From: Podarcis gaigeae
Lineage: Eukaryota
Length of the DNA: 64,000 nucleotides
Strand: one strand, 5' to 3'
NCBI GenBank assembly: GCA_964106915.2
Contig: OZ066920.1
Positions 1 through 11,570 of the stretch are shown here, in pieces. Under the pieces are notes generated by a model. It saw only the letters and a list, made by a program, of their open reading frames with translations, was not told where the DNA came from and searched no databases. A program made the translations under genes and the position numbers. Position 1 is the stretch's first letter, and every line of letters starts with the position of its first letter.

Positions 1-735
1 CCCCGACCTGGCCACAGTGATCCATGTGACGGTCATCTCCAGGCTTGACTACTGTAATTCGCTCTATGCGGGGCTGCCCTTGAAGCTGTCCCAGAAACTC
101 CAGCGGGTACAGAATGCTGCAGCGAGGCTCCTCACGGGGTCTCTGCCATTGGAGCATATTCACCCAGTGCTTTTCAAGCTGCATTGGCTCCCGGTGGAGT
201 ACAGGATCAGATTTAAGGTGCTGCTTTTGACCTTTAAAGCCCTTCACGGCCTAGGACCCTCGTACCTACGGGACCGCCTCTCCTGGTGTGCCCCACGGAG
301 AGCCTCAAGGTCCATAAATAACAACACCCTAGTGGTCCCAGGCCCTAAAGAAGTTAGATTGGTTTCAACCAGAGCCAGGGCCTTTTCAACTCTGGCTCTG
401 GCCTGGTGGAACGCTCTGCCTCATGAGACCAGGGCCCTGCAGGATCTGATTTCTTTCCGCAGGGCCTGTAAGACAGAGTTGTTCCGCCTGGCCTTTGGCT
501 TGGAGCCAATTTGATTCCCAACCTCTATCTTTTTTCCCCCTTTCTTTTCCTTCTTCTCCTGCGATGAGGCTACATTTTAATATTTTAATGTTCCATTATT
601 TTAATGTTGTATTTTATTTTTGTTTTTAAGTTGTAATCATTCATCTTGTTTTTATTATTGCTTGTAAGCTGCTCTGAGCCCGGCCTTGGCTGGGGAGGGC
701 GGGGTATAAATAAAAAAAATATTATTATTATTATT
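1..735 (+). mobile_element. L2-clade LINE, 3' part (ORF2 C-terminus, 3' UTR, (TTA)n tail), within an MTERF3 intron
   Basis: ORF 17..514 carries the L2 motifs SRLDYCNS / LQRVQNAAARL / LHWLPV / FKAL.GLGP.YL. It has the 3' stem-loop tail (ctgagcccggccttggctggggagggcgggg-tataaataaa) and an ATT microsatellite. It runs off the left edge of the window. Confidence 0.9.
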
Positions 736-1157
736 AAATATGTAGCTCTGTCCTATCTGAAATAAACCCCTTAAATTAATAGGTGTTACTTTATTTGATT
801 TGGTTTGTATCCCACTATTCCATGGGGTAAGGGTACCTAATATACATTTTGCCAATATTTCTGTCTGTCCATAAAGGGGCTCACAATCTGAGCATAATGT
901 TAAGATGGTCTGAGGCGGGGGGGGGGGGGAGGCCCTCTGGCCTAGGGGCTGGTTGTGCCCTCCAGAGCTCTCTATATCTGACCCTCAGGATTCTCCGTAG
1001 GACACATTCCCCACTGTTTCTTCATGGAGTGATTTTGCCCTGCTTGGAATGTGTCTTTGAACTGTGGGATATTTCTTGCTTGCCTGAATGAAGAGGCAGC
1101 AGTTGTAAATGCAAACCACAGATTTTTAGATTGCTGGAAAGTAGCCTACTATATAAC

Positions 1158-1294
1158 CATAGAATGCTAGAATTGTAAAGACCACAAGGGTCGTCTATTC
1201 CAACCCCCTGCAATGCAGGAATCATTTGCCCAACATGGAGCTTGAACCCACGGCCCTGAGATGAAGAGTTTCATGCTCTACCAACTGAGCTATC
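1158..1294 (-). mobile_element. tRNA-Lys(CTT)-derived SINE with CR1-like tail
   Basis: The reverse complement starts gatagctcagttggtagagcatgaaactctt...gggttcaag (tRNA-Lys-like A/B boxes) and ends in the CR1-type tail gggggttgga...ttctatg. Confidence 0.7.
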
Positions 1295-1457
1295 ATGTAC
1301 CCTACTATACACAAGTAAGAGTTGCATGGATTGCTGCATCCACTTTTTGCCTCTGGCCTTTCCTACCACTGATGCACAGCCTGCAGAAGGTTTCCCATAA
1401 GGCAATGTGGCCCTTCATTGGCAAAAGGTTGCCCCCTGCTGGTTGGAGGGAACAAGT

Positions 1458-1649
1458 CATAGGAACATAGGAAGCTGCCTTATAACTGAGTCAGACCATT
1501 TATCCATCTTGCTCTCAGTATTGTCAGTACTGACTGGCAGCAGCTCTCCAGGGTTTCAGATAGGCAGTCTCTCCCAGCTTGACCTGGATGTACTAGGGGT
1601 TGAAATTGGGACCTTCTGTGTTCAAGGCAGATGTTCTGCCACTCAGCTC
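1458..1649 (-). mobile_element. tRNA-derived squamate SINE with (ttcctatg) tail
   Basis: The reverse complement has A box agctgagtggcagaacatctg, B box ggtcccaatttcaacccc, body ctgaaaccctggagagctgctgccagtcag and tail aaggcagcttcctatgttcctatg. Related copies occur elsewhere in the window. Confidence 0.7.
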
Positions 1650-2352
1650 AGATTATCTTGCCTCTGTGGCTCCTCCCCGCTTACAGGGAGAATTTCACAA
1701 CGTACAACTAGTTCCATTCTGCTCCCTTCACCTTCTCAGTGGAAACAAAAAGACACAGCTAAGAGGAGGATACTGTGGTAGGGAACCTAGGATTATATCC
1801 CTCCGAATAAATAGGCATATCAGAGCCTTTAAGGGCCTGGTCTTTAGCAGGCAGCATTGACAGTAGTGGCATCTAACCTGATTTGCTTCTCTTCTTCACC
1901 TGTATGTCGGTGTAGGATGTAGATATTTAGGATTGTTCCTGTGATTACTTTTTTCTTCTTCTAAAGATGCCCTTTAGTTCATCAGATCACCTTCATTAAA
2001 TTGCCAGTTTTGATTGTGAAAGTGGACATTTCTTTCAGTGCAAGCCATTTTGGATCATGGGCTGGTCTTGACATAATTTTTGTTTAAATACAGCTGGAAA
2101 TCATTAAATTAATCCAGGCGTAAAATATTTTGCACCAAGAGTGTTTATTTTCTTTGCCATTAATTGGAAATCATGGTATTTTGCTTTTGTCATACCTGCA
2201 GACTTTTCCACCCTTCTTCTTGGCAGCTTTGCTTGTTAATATTATTAAAACATCCGTCATTTTGAAACATACTGCTGAGGAACTGGCAGAGCTGGATAAA
2301 TGATGGCCTTTCTTATTTCCTTCATTTTAATTTGGATCTTTCTTTCTTCCAG

Positions 2353-2500
2353 GGTAGCTTATCTAACATCAAAAAAATTCAGCAAGGAAGCAATTGCACA
2401 GATGGTCTCAGGGGCTCCATATTTACTCCTCTTTTCTGTGGAAAGACTGGATAATAGGCTGGGTTTCTTCCAAAAAGAACTTGGACTCAATTCACAAAAG
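2353..2500 (+). CDS. MTERF3: MTERF3 internal coding exon (148 bp; [18 protein letters not shown]...[14 protein letters not shown])
   Basis: ttccag acceptor and AAG|gtgcct donor. The translation matches the MTERF3 segment RVAYL.SK.FSK...[17 protein letters not shown]. Confidence 0.93.
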
Positions 2501-2843
2501 GTGCCTTCTGTTTTCATTTGGATCGTGGTGATTGGGGGAGAGGGCCTATTGTTAAAATAACTAAACAAACTCCACAAGCAGGTAGCTAATATCTCTCGCA
2601 TTACAGGGACCTAAAATACTGCTTCTAAAATACTATTATCTTATTAGAACCATATATAAAGTATACAACCTTGTGTGAACAGTTCAAACTAGTTCATCCA
2701 GATGTTTGGGGAACACCCATTACAATTTCATTGCTAGTTATCCTGAAATACTAATTTTACATGGAATAATGCCTATGCTAACAGATAAACAATTGACTTG
2801 GAATTTCAGTCAACAAGGTCACAGAATGGAGGTTCAGCTACAC

Positions 2844-2979
2844 CAGGCATGGCCAAACTTGGCCCTCCAGATGTTTTGGGACTACAGTTCCCATCATCCC
2901 TGACCACTGGTCCTGTTAGCTAGGGATGATGGGAGTTGTAGTCCCAAAACATCTGGAGGGCCAAGTTTGGCCATGCCTG
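2844..2979. mobile_element. Palindromic hAT (Charlie/Buster-type) MITE, 136 bp
   Basis: 58-bp inverted arms (caggcatggccaaacttgg...) around a 20-nt loop. Perfect 8-bp TSD agctacac at 2836-2843 and 2980-2987. Confidence 0.9.
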
Positions 2980-3783
2980 AGCTACACAATATGTTGAGAA
3001 CTTGTCCTACGAAAGCCTTTTTGGCCTGCGGTAGAACGTATCTTAAAAGTAACCCCAGGACCCCAGAATGTTGAGAGGGTGCTGGGATCTTCTGTGGCTA
3101 GTTAAAGAGGAGAAACCTGAAGTTCCCTAAAGCTGCCATACCCCACCCACAACACAAACAGTGGAAGGCGGTCAACAGCAACCCAAGACTGGGCAGAGCC
3201 AAAAACCATACAATCCCAAACAGAACTCCAGAAAGTAGCTTTGGAGTTTCTGCTTACAGAGCTGAGGCTTTTAGGCGAGTGGAGCCAGCCTTAGGGAAGC
3301 TGTCTGAATACACCAGCACTCCTTTCACCCCACTCAAGCCTTTCCCTGTGGTGACTGGATGCTCAGGATACATTTTTCCAGGCAGCATGAAAGGTGAAAC
3401 TGTGTGTAAAGAGTCACCCAGGCTGGATCTGTTCCTTAATTTGGGCTTCCATTAATTAGTGGCATCACTGGCTTGGGTGATCTTTCAGTTTATCCTTGGT
3501 CAGAGACCATGAAACAAAGCAAAAAAAAAAAAAGACTTCTACCAAGCACTGCGGGGCTTATCTTCTGCTCCCTCTGGCTGTGAAGTGGGCACTTTGCAAC
3601 CCCTGACGCATGCAGTACCCTACAGTATATACATGAAGGAAAGATATTCATATATTCATTGATCCTGAGACACAGGCTGAAATACTGTACACACCCAGGA
3701 GTATGTCCTGTTGAAGAGGGGCTTATTTCAGCGGAGAGGTGCATAGCATTGCTCCAGTAGTGACCTGCCCAAGATTGCACGTA

Positions 3784-4034
3784 CAGTGGAACCTCTACCT
3801 GCGACCATAATCCATTCCAAAGGTCCGTCCAGAGGTCGAAACAGGTCGCTGGGAGAGGCGCTGTTGTGCGCAGGTGCGGGTGGTGATTGCCCACTTCTGC
3901 GCATGTGTGAATGGCGATCGCCACTTCTGCACATGTGCGAATGGAGGCAACCCCCGCCGGATACTTCCGGGTTTGCCGCAGACGTTGGGCAAAATGAACG
4001 CAAGCGGAGGTGGACATAAGTAGAAGTTTGAATG
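3784..4034. mobile_element. Tc1/mariner (pogo/Tigger-like) MITE, CpG-rich
   Basis: Left end TA|cagtggaacctcta and a degenerate right TIR tagaagtttgaatg|TA (12/16 match including the TA). Contains an internal 30-bp tandem duplication ccacttctgcRcatgtgYgaatgg. Confidence 0.65.
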
Positions 4035-4273
4035 TAATCATGTTAGAATAAATAAGTCTCTTCACACATTATTGTGCAGGGAAAATGCCACATATTGAGG
4101 GCCTTTTGCTCACCCAGTGGAAAATGTACACCTTTTCAAATAGAATAATACAGTGCTGTTTAAAAAATGTCTGGTAAAGAAATGCAAATACAGATTGATT
4201 TTATCTTAAGCAGATAATATCTAATACACATTACTTTACTTACTATTTTTCCTTCCTTGTATTTAAAATACAG

Positions 4274-4345
4274 ACCAGAGATGTAGTAACTCGTCTTCCA
4301 AGGTTACTGACTGGCAGTCTTGAGCCTATTAAAGAAAACCTGAAG
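4274..4345 (+). CDS. MTERF3: MTERF3 internal coding exon (72 bp; [24 protein letters not shown])
   Basis: tacag acceptor and AAG|gtaag donor, phase 0/0. Matches MTERF3 [21 protein letters not shown]. Too short to appear in the ORF track. Confidence 0.93.
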
Positions 4346-5227
4346 GTAAGTTAGGATAGTATCTTAGAGTAGTTAGCCATTTGAGCTCTTAGAAAAGCTT
4401 TAAGAGATGTAACAGGAAATATAAGTAGTACAGCAGCCTAGATACGATTGCACAGGCAGCAGGACTTAACACTTGTCAGGTAGCAAAATGTAGCGTGAAT
4501 AATAACTTGGTCTTATAATCTGCTACTTAAAAACGTTGTTGAAGTGGATGCTGGAATCCTAGAGAAGGGTTGCCGCTGGTTCTACTGCTCAAGCACTGGA
4601 ACTCTGATTCAATTAGGGTGTCTCTTGATGACGGAAAGCATCAATCAGTGGAATGAGGAGGCATGAGTCAGCTCAGCGATACTCCTTCACCGTATGTGAC
4701 ATGAGATTCTAAGGGTCATCAAAGTATCCCCCAAAACTCCTTGTGCCATTTTATTCGGGTTTTTGAAGGGACAAATGACAAAATGGCATTTTAAAGACTT
4801 AGGCACAAGCAGGGATCATTAGAACCTTTTCGTGAGTAAAAATGGCAATTTTAGACTTCCAATATAATTTAGTAGTTATGCGTGTTCCTCTAGTACAAGA
4901 GAGGACTTCAGGCTTTATGGAAAAGAATTGTGGTGGCCTCGTAAGTATGGGACTATGGACAATACTTCATGCCTGGCAGTTTGCACAAATGTGATGGAGG
5001 CTTCGTGCTTGTGCTTCTTCTTTTTTTATAAGCTGCCTGGGCAGCTTCCAGGTTGCTACAGAAGTGCCTCTCCTTTTTTTACCTGAAATTTTATTGCAAG
5101 TTTTCAACCTACAATACAATAAAAAGAAGTCTCTCTCCTGTGTCTCATCACTTATCAACATATTTCCCTCTTTCCCGATGTGTTTTAAGCTACATTAGCT
5201 GACTTCATCACAATCACTCTTTTTCAG

Positions 5228-5389
5228 GTGTATGAGCTGGAACTTGGTTTTAGTAAGAATGAAATTCGGCATATTGCACACAGAATCCCCAAGAATTTAG
5301 GTATAAGCAAAAGGAAGCTAACGGAGATCTTTGACTACGTGCACAACGTCATGGGCATTCCCCACAGCCTGATGGTTCACTTTCCTCAG
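5228..5389 (+). CDS. MTERF3: MTERF3 penultimate coding exon (162 bp)
   Basis: ttttcag acceptor and CAG|gtgaga donor. Translation [22 protein letters not shown]...[20 protein letters not shown]. Confidence 0.93.
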
Positions 5390-5697
5390 GTGAGACTCTT
5401 GGATGCTACCTAGTTAACTGCAGTCATAGGAAGAAGTTTGAAAACTGGGAACTGTATTGAAGGGAAAGTTCTGTCGTCTACAGACTGTGTGATGGAAAGG
5501 CCTAGGTTAATATATTGTAGAATGGCATCAGTTTGCTGATATGATTGTTAGCCTTAAATGCCACATAGTAAATGTGGGCAGGTTTGAGCTAACAGGTTAG
5601 TCCTACTGTTTTCAGTATGTCTTACTAGCAAGTAATTGTACTTAGGAGGGCAGTCTTGGCAATTTCGGTCATTAACATTGATCTTGTTTCATTTCAG

Positions 5698-5892
5698 GTT
5701 TTTAATTCAAAGCTGCTAAGAATCAAAGAAAGACACATGTTTCTTAAATTCATTGGAAGAGCACAATATGATCCAAAACAGCCCAATTATATCTCCTTAG
5801 AAAAACTGGTATCCCTGCCAGATGATGTGTTCTGCACAGAAGTTGCCAAAGCAGAAAAAGAAGACTTCTGCGTTTTCTTGAAAACACTGTAA
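5698..5892 (+). CDS. MTERF3: MTERF3 last coding exon (mitochondrial transcription termination factor 3 C-terminus)
   Basis: atttcag acceptor. Translation [42 protein letters not shown]...FLKTL*, ending in the typical FLKTL. Confidence 0.95.
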   Translation, partial: VFNSKLLRIKERHMFLKFIGRAQYDPKQPNYISLEKLVSLPDDVFCTEVAKAEKEDFCVFLKTL

Positions 5893-5926
5893 AATAAAAT
5901 AAAAAAACCTTTGTTAATAAAATAAA
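5893..5926 (+). terminator. MTERF3 polyadenylation signal cluster (4x AATAAA)
   Basis: AATAAA at 5893, 5898, 5916 and 5921, immediately after the stop codon. Confidence 0.7.
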
Positions 5927-6503
5927 TTGGAAGGTGGTTTTCTTAATTGCATGTTTTGTGGCAAAAATGACAACTTGTGAAGCTACTTCGTTGAAAAAAC
6001 CTACATCTAATCCTACATCTTAAAAATATACAAACAGGCATATTTTGTACTGCTGACAAAATACCAAAAGAAGACCCAAAAGAAAGACAATGATACTTAC
6101 CAACTTGCTGGTGAGAAAGAGAGGAAGGGAATTTGTTGGAGCTTTTTTCTGTTACGTTTTGGTATATGGTTATGAAAACCAATAAAGAATCCTTTAAAAA
6201 ATACAAACCTATTTAGAAGAGGGCACAACTAATATATAGGTGCACTGAGTTCAGCCCAGCACAGATACAGTATTTGTAAAAGGTAGATATTGCCACAAAC
6301 CAATCATAAGAATAATTATAAAAGTATTTCTATTCTGCCATAGCATGAAATATCAGGGCAGTGTGCAGTGTTAAAAACACAACACATCATGTTTTTTTAA
6401 AAAATACACCTACTGGCTAATTAAAAAAATATATATAATTCTTGACTTGAAGGGCGGTGTTCATTCTACTTGGCCATAGTAATAGTGCTGCTTAGACTTA
6501 AAA

Positions 6504-6646
6504 TCATAGAGTTGTAGAGTTGGAAGGGACCTGAGGGTCATCTAGTCCAACCCCCTTGTGATGTAGGAATATGCAGCTGTCCCATATGGGCAATCAAACC
6601 TGCAACCTTGGCAGTATCAGCATCACACTAACCAACTGTTCTATCC
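6504..6646 (-). mobile_element. tRNA-headed SINE with CR1-like tail
   Basis: catagagttgtagagttggaagggacc...tctagtccaacccc is the reverse complement of a CR1 tail. It is followed by a degenerate tRNA-like head. Confidence 0.55.
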
Positions 6647-8199
6647 AGGCCAATATGAGCTGCTCACAAAATGTTCACAGCCAAAAAAGCACCACCACAT
6701 GAAAACCAGATCAGTGGGGAATGGAAAGAAGTGGCTGCAAAAGGGGGCCAGAAAAATAAAAACTTAATTTAAAAAGTAGAAAGAGCCACCTCATTGTCTG
6801 TATAGGCCATGTCCCAGTTCACACTCAGAATATATTTTTAAATGTTCCCAGTAATAGAAGTGAGAGCTGCCCGTAGAACTCAAGGGGGATAAAAAGGAGT
6901 AACTGGAACCCTCACTACATTTTGTTAAGAGGCTTTTTGATTTTTGGCAGACTAATGCTAATAGGTCAGTATTAGTATTACTATGGCCCCAAATCTGTAG
7001 TTAATATCAGTAACTATGGCCATCTTAATTATAGGTCATGCCATGGCAATTGGCCAAGCTTTCTATTTATCAGCTATTTTACAAATCTTATTTCAGGGCT
7101 TTGTGTCTTTTGTGTGCCAGTAGTACTGCTGTATAACCACAAAACTGGTTGCATAGCACATTCTAAGGACCGGTACATAATTTCTGTTCCTTGCTATTCT
7201 AGTCAGTTCTGTACTTGGCAATATTCATTTAAAGGAGTGGAAGTCCAACTCAGAAAATAAGTCTTGTTTCCACACTTTTCTCGATGATGCCAAGGGTACA
7301 CATGAAACTCATTGAGCTATTTCTCATGTTTATATATTTTTTGAGAACTGTAAGGTGGTGAGAGACATTGAACCTAACAAGGTTCAGCAGTTCCAGTTAA
7401 TAACTATTAATATGGTTGTGAAAGTTAGCTCCAAAAAAGGAAAGGAGTTAATATTCAGGTATGGAATTAATAGTCTTCTGGAATGCAACAGGAGAATTTA
7501 CCAATCAAAGGCCTTATTTTTATATTAGCAATGAAGAAAGGCAATGGATAAGACCCACGGATGAATGGCTTTTTCAGTGTGCTCATTTCCTTCATTAATT
7601 TTTTACCAGCATCAGCTTTTGTTATGGGTCTGCTTACTGGGTGCTTATTCTAGGAACATTTTTGGGTATGTAGCACACCACTCCTTATTTCAAGCATTCA
7701 ACCCCTGGTGTTAGGAGTGCATTAATGGCACTGCAATCTCACCCCACCCTCATCATTTACTGGAGTTTCTCCAATTTTATTTAACAGCAGCACAGGAAAA
7801 TAGTAAGCTATTGGAGTTCTTGGTTTTTATAATGCTTTTCTCAGTGTAGCTTGATTCTTATTTGGGTTGGTGTTGTTTTTTTTTTTTAGTAAAAACATAG
7901 CTGCCTAGTAACTACAGCTAAGAAAACAAAGCCCTATCGGAAACTGTTTATGGGGAAGTCGGTGGTTCTCTTTGCAGGCAGGGCTCCAACCAGTCGTTTG
8001 CGGCGCAATATTTTGAAGGTGAAATGCAGAGTTTGCCAAATACGCTGTTTCCAAAGAAGCTGTGCATGCGGGCAAATTATGGCCAGAATCAAATCAACAC
8101 CAAGTTTCCTTCCTCCGCCATCACCTTCAAGCTCCCAGTGCTCCTTTCCAGCTACATTGCACCTGCCCTTGCCAGGTGTGAGGCAGGTGGCCACGGTTT

Positions 8200-8800
8200 A
8201 TGGGGCAGGGGGGCGAGACTGGCGTGGACTGGGGCCTAATAAAGCCTGCCGCCCCCACGGCTGATGTTCTCCAGTTGCGGCGCTTTGTTTCCATGGGGTC
8301 CTCTCACGTTTTCTGAAATCGCAAGCGGGGAAACCACATCAGAACGAACCAGGAAGCGCCCGTTCCACGCAACAGAAAATCACATCCCGCGATTTTTTTT
8401 CTATGGTCCAGCCGCAGCGTAGGGACGCACAGGCGCGCGCAACCCACGTGACAGCACAAGGAGCGTATTTAGTGGGTAGGCCGGGTTGCGAGCACGTGAT
8501 CTGAAAGGGGGGGGGGGTGAATGTAGGCTTTTCCCGAACGCCGGCGCGCGTGCGCGTTTCCTCAGAGGTCGTCAAGATGGCGGCGAGGGCACCGGGTGAG
8601 TGAGGAGAAGGGAAGAGTCGGTGGTAAAGGGGCTGCAGCGGGGAGGGAGGGGGGCGGGAAGCTTCCCGGTGAAAGAAAATGGTCGAGGGGGCCCGCCAGC
8701 AATACCTGGGGCGTGTGCGAGAGGTTATGATTGCTTGGTGGGGACGGAGAGGACACGGAGCGCCTTGCTGTTAACTCTTGGCGTGCCAAGCGGTTGTGGC
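8200..8800 (+). promoter_or_regulatory. UQCRB CpG-island promoter with NRF-1, YY1 and E-box motifs
   Basis: CpG-dense. NRF-1 consensus CGCGCACGCGCG on the minus strand at 8545-8556. YY1 motif CAAGATGGCGGC at 8573-8584 overlaps the ATG. CACGTG at 8445 and 8493. ETS-like CAGGAAG near 8350. Confidence 0.8.
8577..8595 (+). CDS. UQCRB: UQCRB coding exon 1 (19 bp, MAARAP)
   Basis: caagATGG Kozak context and G|gtgagt donor. The 19-nt coding first exon matches the vertebrate UQCRB structure. Confidence 0.9.
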
Positions 8801-8817
8801 TTTTACCACAGTGTAAT

Positions 8818-9125
8818 CAGGGGTCAGCAAACTTTTTCAGCAGGGGGCTGGTCCACTGTCCCTCAGACCTTGTGGGGGGGGGGTCGGACTATATTTTGAA
8901 AAATAATAATGAACGAATTCCTATGCCCCACAAATAACCCAGGGATACATTTTAAATAAAAGCACACATTCTGCTCATGTGAAAACACCAGGAAGGCCCC
9001 ACAAATAACCCAGAAATGCATTTTGAATAAAAGGACACATTCTACTCATGTAAAAACACGCTGACTCCCAGACCGTCCATGGGCCGGATTTAGAAGGTGA
9101 TTGAGGCTTAGGTTGCCTACCCATG
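8818..9125 (+). mobile_element. hAT MITE (caggggtcagcaaac... family) in UQCRB intron 1
   Basis: TIRs caggggtcagcaaac / ggttgcctacccatg. Near-perfect TSD (g/t)tgtaatc. Contains an internal ~74-bp duplication. Same family as 10021-10271 and 57706-57944. Confidence 0.8.
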
Positions 9126-10020
9126 TTGTAATCCTTTAAGGGCATACTCAGAAGTAAGCCATGTCGCCTTCAACGCAGGCAATAGGGTTGCATATTAAGA
9201 GTTTCCGTAGGGAAGGGTGTTACTCTTGTGGGACCCTTATTCATGTGCTGCTTTGAGGTCCGCCTCATCGCCCTCGCCCCCCCTTGCTATCCACATAACC
9301 AGCAAAAGGTTAGTAGGTGAATCTTCTCACTGCCCAAAAAGCTTGATTTAGTTGTTTATAGTCACGCTTTGTGCTGTGCACCAGTAGCAATTTGTAATTG
9401 TCCCATGAGGACCCTCATTCTAAGTAATCAAAAGGTATGCGGAAAGCAAAGAGTAGATGAATGAAAAGCTCATTTGGGAGTTTCATTTTGGCCACCCTTG
9501 TCTCTTGAAACAAACATGTGGCAAACAGCCCTCTAGGACAGCAGCAAGTAGCAAACCTGTCACTCTCCTTTAGCTTGTGAATTGCAACACAATGCATCCT
9601 TATGGATGTGTCTCCTCCCCAGCTTGCAGCCAGCTAGGAGCTAAATAGCACCATAAACCTAGGTTATGGGCGCCACAATGAAGTGTCTAGGCACACTTTT
9701 TAAACTAACAATAATAAAAAGCTGAAAAATGAATGAACTGCAGCTAAAATATGTTTATTTTTCACATGGTCTAGTCCTTCCCCTGCCCACCCACCCCCTA
9801 ATATTCCTAAGGAGAAAAAAGTTCTCCTTTCCTTCCACTCTGCAATTTTAATCTCAAATCTCAGGCACAGTACTGCACCCAGAGCTCAGCAACTGCTTGC
9901 ACTAATGAAATTCACTGTCGCAAAATGCACCTAGAACAATGGGAGTTTCGAACACTGCTTGCAGTGCACGTAGTACAATGTTAATTATGAATCTAGCCAT
10001 ATACTGTCAACTATCAAAGG

Positions 10021-10271
10021 CAGGGGTAGGCAACCTAAGGTCTGTGTGCTGGATGCGGCCCAATCATCTTCTCAATCCGGCCTGTGGACGGTCTGGGAAT
10101 CAGTATGATTTTGCATGAGTAGAATGTGTCCTTTATTTAAAATGCATCTCTTGGTTATTTGTGGAGCATAGGAATTCATTCATTTTTTTCCCTTCAAAAT
10201 ATTGTCTGGCCCACCACATGGTCTGAGGGATGGTGGACCAGCCCACGGCTGAAAAAGGTTGCTGACCCCTG
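10021..10271 (-). mobile_element. hAT MITE, same family as 8818-9125, opposite orientation
   Basis: TIRs caggggtaggcaacc / ggttgctgacccctg. Perfect 8-bp TSD atcaaagg at 10013-10020 and 10272-10279. Confidence 0.88.
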
Positions 10272-10688
10272 ATCAAAGGGGTAGTAATTCTTGAAGGCAC
10301 TAAACATGTTAAAATGCTTATTGTTTTGAGAAAAGCCATGAAGTGACACTGCTTGCAATTGAGGCCAGGTTTTACTTCATGATTTGTTTATTGTTGCATA
10401 GCTGCTAATGCACAGTAGATGGTGGGTGCAGGTTGTGGGGCTCATAACTAAGCAAACGTTCGTCTCATCTGCTGTTGCATAGCTGTTTCATGGATATTTT
10501 GAGTAGCATTGTGTTTTTACATCCCTTTGACAAGTGCACAGCATCCAAACCGTTGTTCCTACTTTCTGTTTATTACAAGTGTTGCATGTTTATAAAAAAC
10601 AAACTAAAATACTGTAGATTCTTTGTGTCTGAATAAATGCCTCTACCAGTTATACTCTTGAACTAACAGCGGTCATTAATACTTCCAG

Positions 10689-10760
10689 CTGCAGCCAGCG
10701 GTCGTCTCCTTGATAGTATTCGCAAATGGTATTACAGTGCAGCTGGATTCAACAAAATTG
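10689..10760 (+). CDS. UQCRB: UQCRB coding exon 2 (72 bp; AAASGRLLDSIRKWYYSAAGFNKIG)
   Basis: ttccag acceptor and G|gtaggt donor. Contains the conserved IRKWYY.AAGFNK.G motif. Confidence 0.95.
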
Positions 10761-11439
10761 GTAGGTGTTGGAAGCCCTTTACTGTTGAAGTTGTTTGGTT
10801 TGGAACCTGACTAAGAAGAGTCTGTTGTGGGGGGAGAATTATCTTGCATTTTGTCGACTTTCTGCTAGTATCTTTCTTTGGATTCTTCTTCTTGGTGTTG
10901 TGACTGTGTGTGTTAATTTTTATTATCCACATGGGGTTTTTTGTAGAAAAGAAATGGGACAGTCTTAAATAAATCTGGTTAAACCAGTGGCCTTTGAGAA
11001 TACAGAAGTTAGCTGTCCCTGTTTTCGGTCACGAACAATAGTAAAATATATATCAAAATCTAATACAGGTGTGGGTGGTTTAGGTTTGTCAGTTGACCAA
11101 CCAGATGTTGTCATATGACCATGATAAAAAGTGCCAAATATTCCAGTTTATGTGGGTGGAACTTTAGCTTCTTATTTCCTTATGGTAAAATTTGTTAGCT
11201 GTTACAGGAACAAGGCTGCTTGCTTCCAAGCCCTACAATAGCCTGGCCTAAATCTAACTTGGTAGCAAAGTTTGTCCTGCTTGCTACCTACTATAATTGT
11301 CAGTATCCCCAAAGAAGAAGAGGAACACAAGTAAACAGTAGCAAAAGTCATTGCTTAGTACTACCCAAGACCTTAGCATCTTTGGTTATCCCCTCCCTGT
11401 GAACTGATTGCCTTCTCTGTAAACTGGATTTTGATCAAA

Positions 11440-11534
11440 TAACAACAACAACAACAACAACAACAACTTCTTTGTTATTCATACCCTGCCCATCTGGCTG
11501 GGTTTCCCCAGCCACTCTGGGCAACTTACAACAC

Positions 11535-11569
<35 letters not shown>

Positions 11570-11570
11570 A
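11440..11570. repeat. (AAC)n and (TGA)n microsatellites flanking a short retroelement 3'-tail fragment
   Basis: aacaacaac... at about 11440-11467 and tgatgatga... at about 11536-11568. The sequence between them resembles a reversed L2-type tail. Confidence 0.7.

Noticed and set aside
3490-4065. 191-aa minus-strand ORF
   Set aside because: It overlaps a MITE in an MTERF3 intron and shows no protein-family features.
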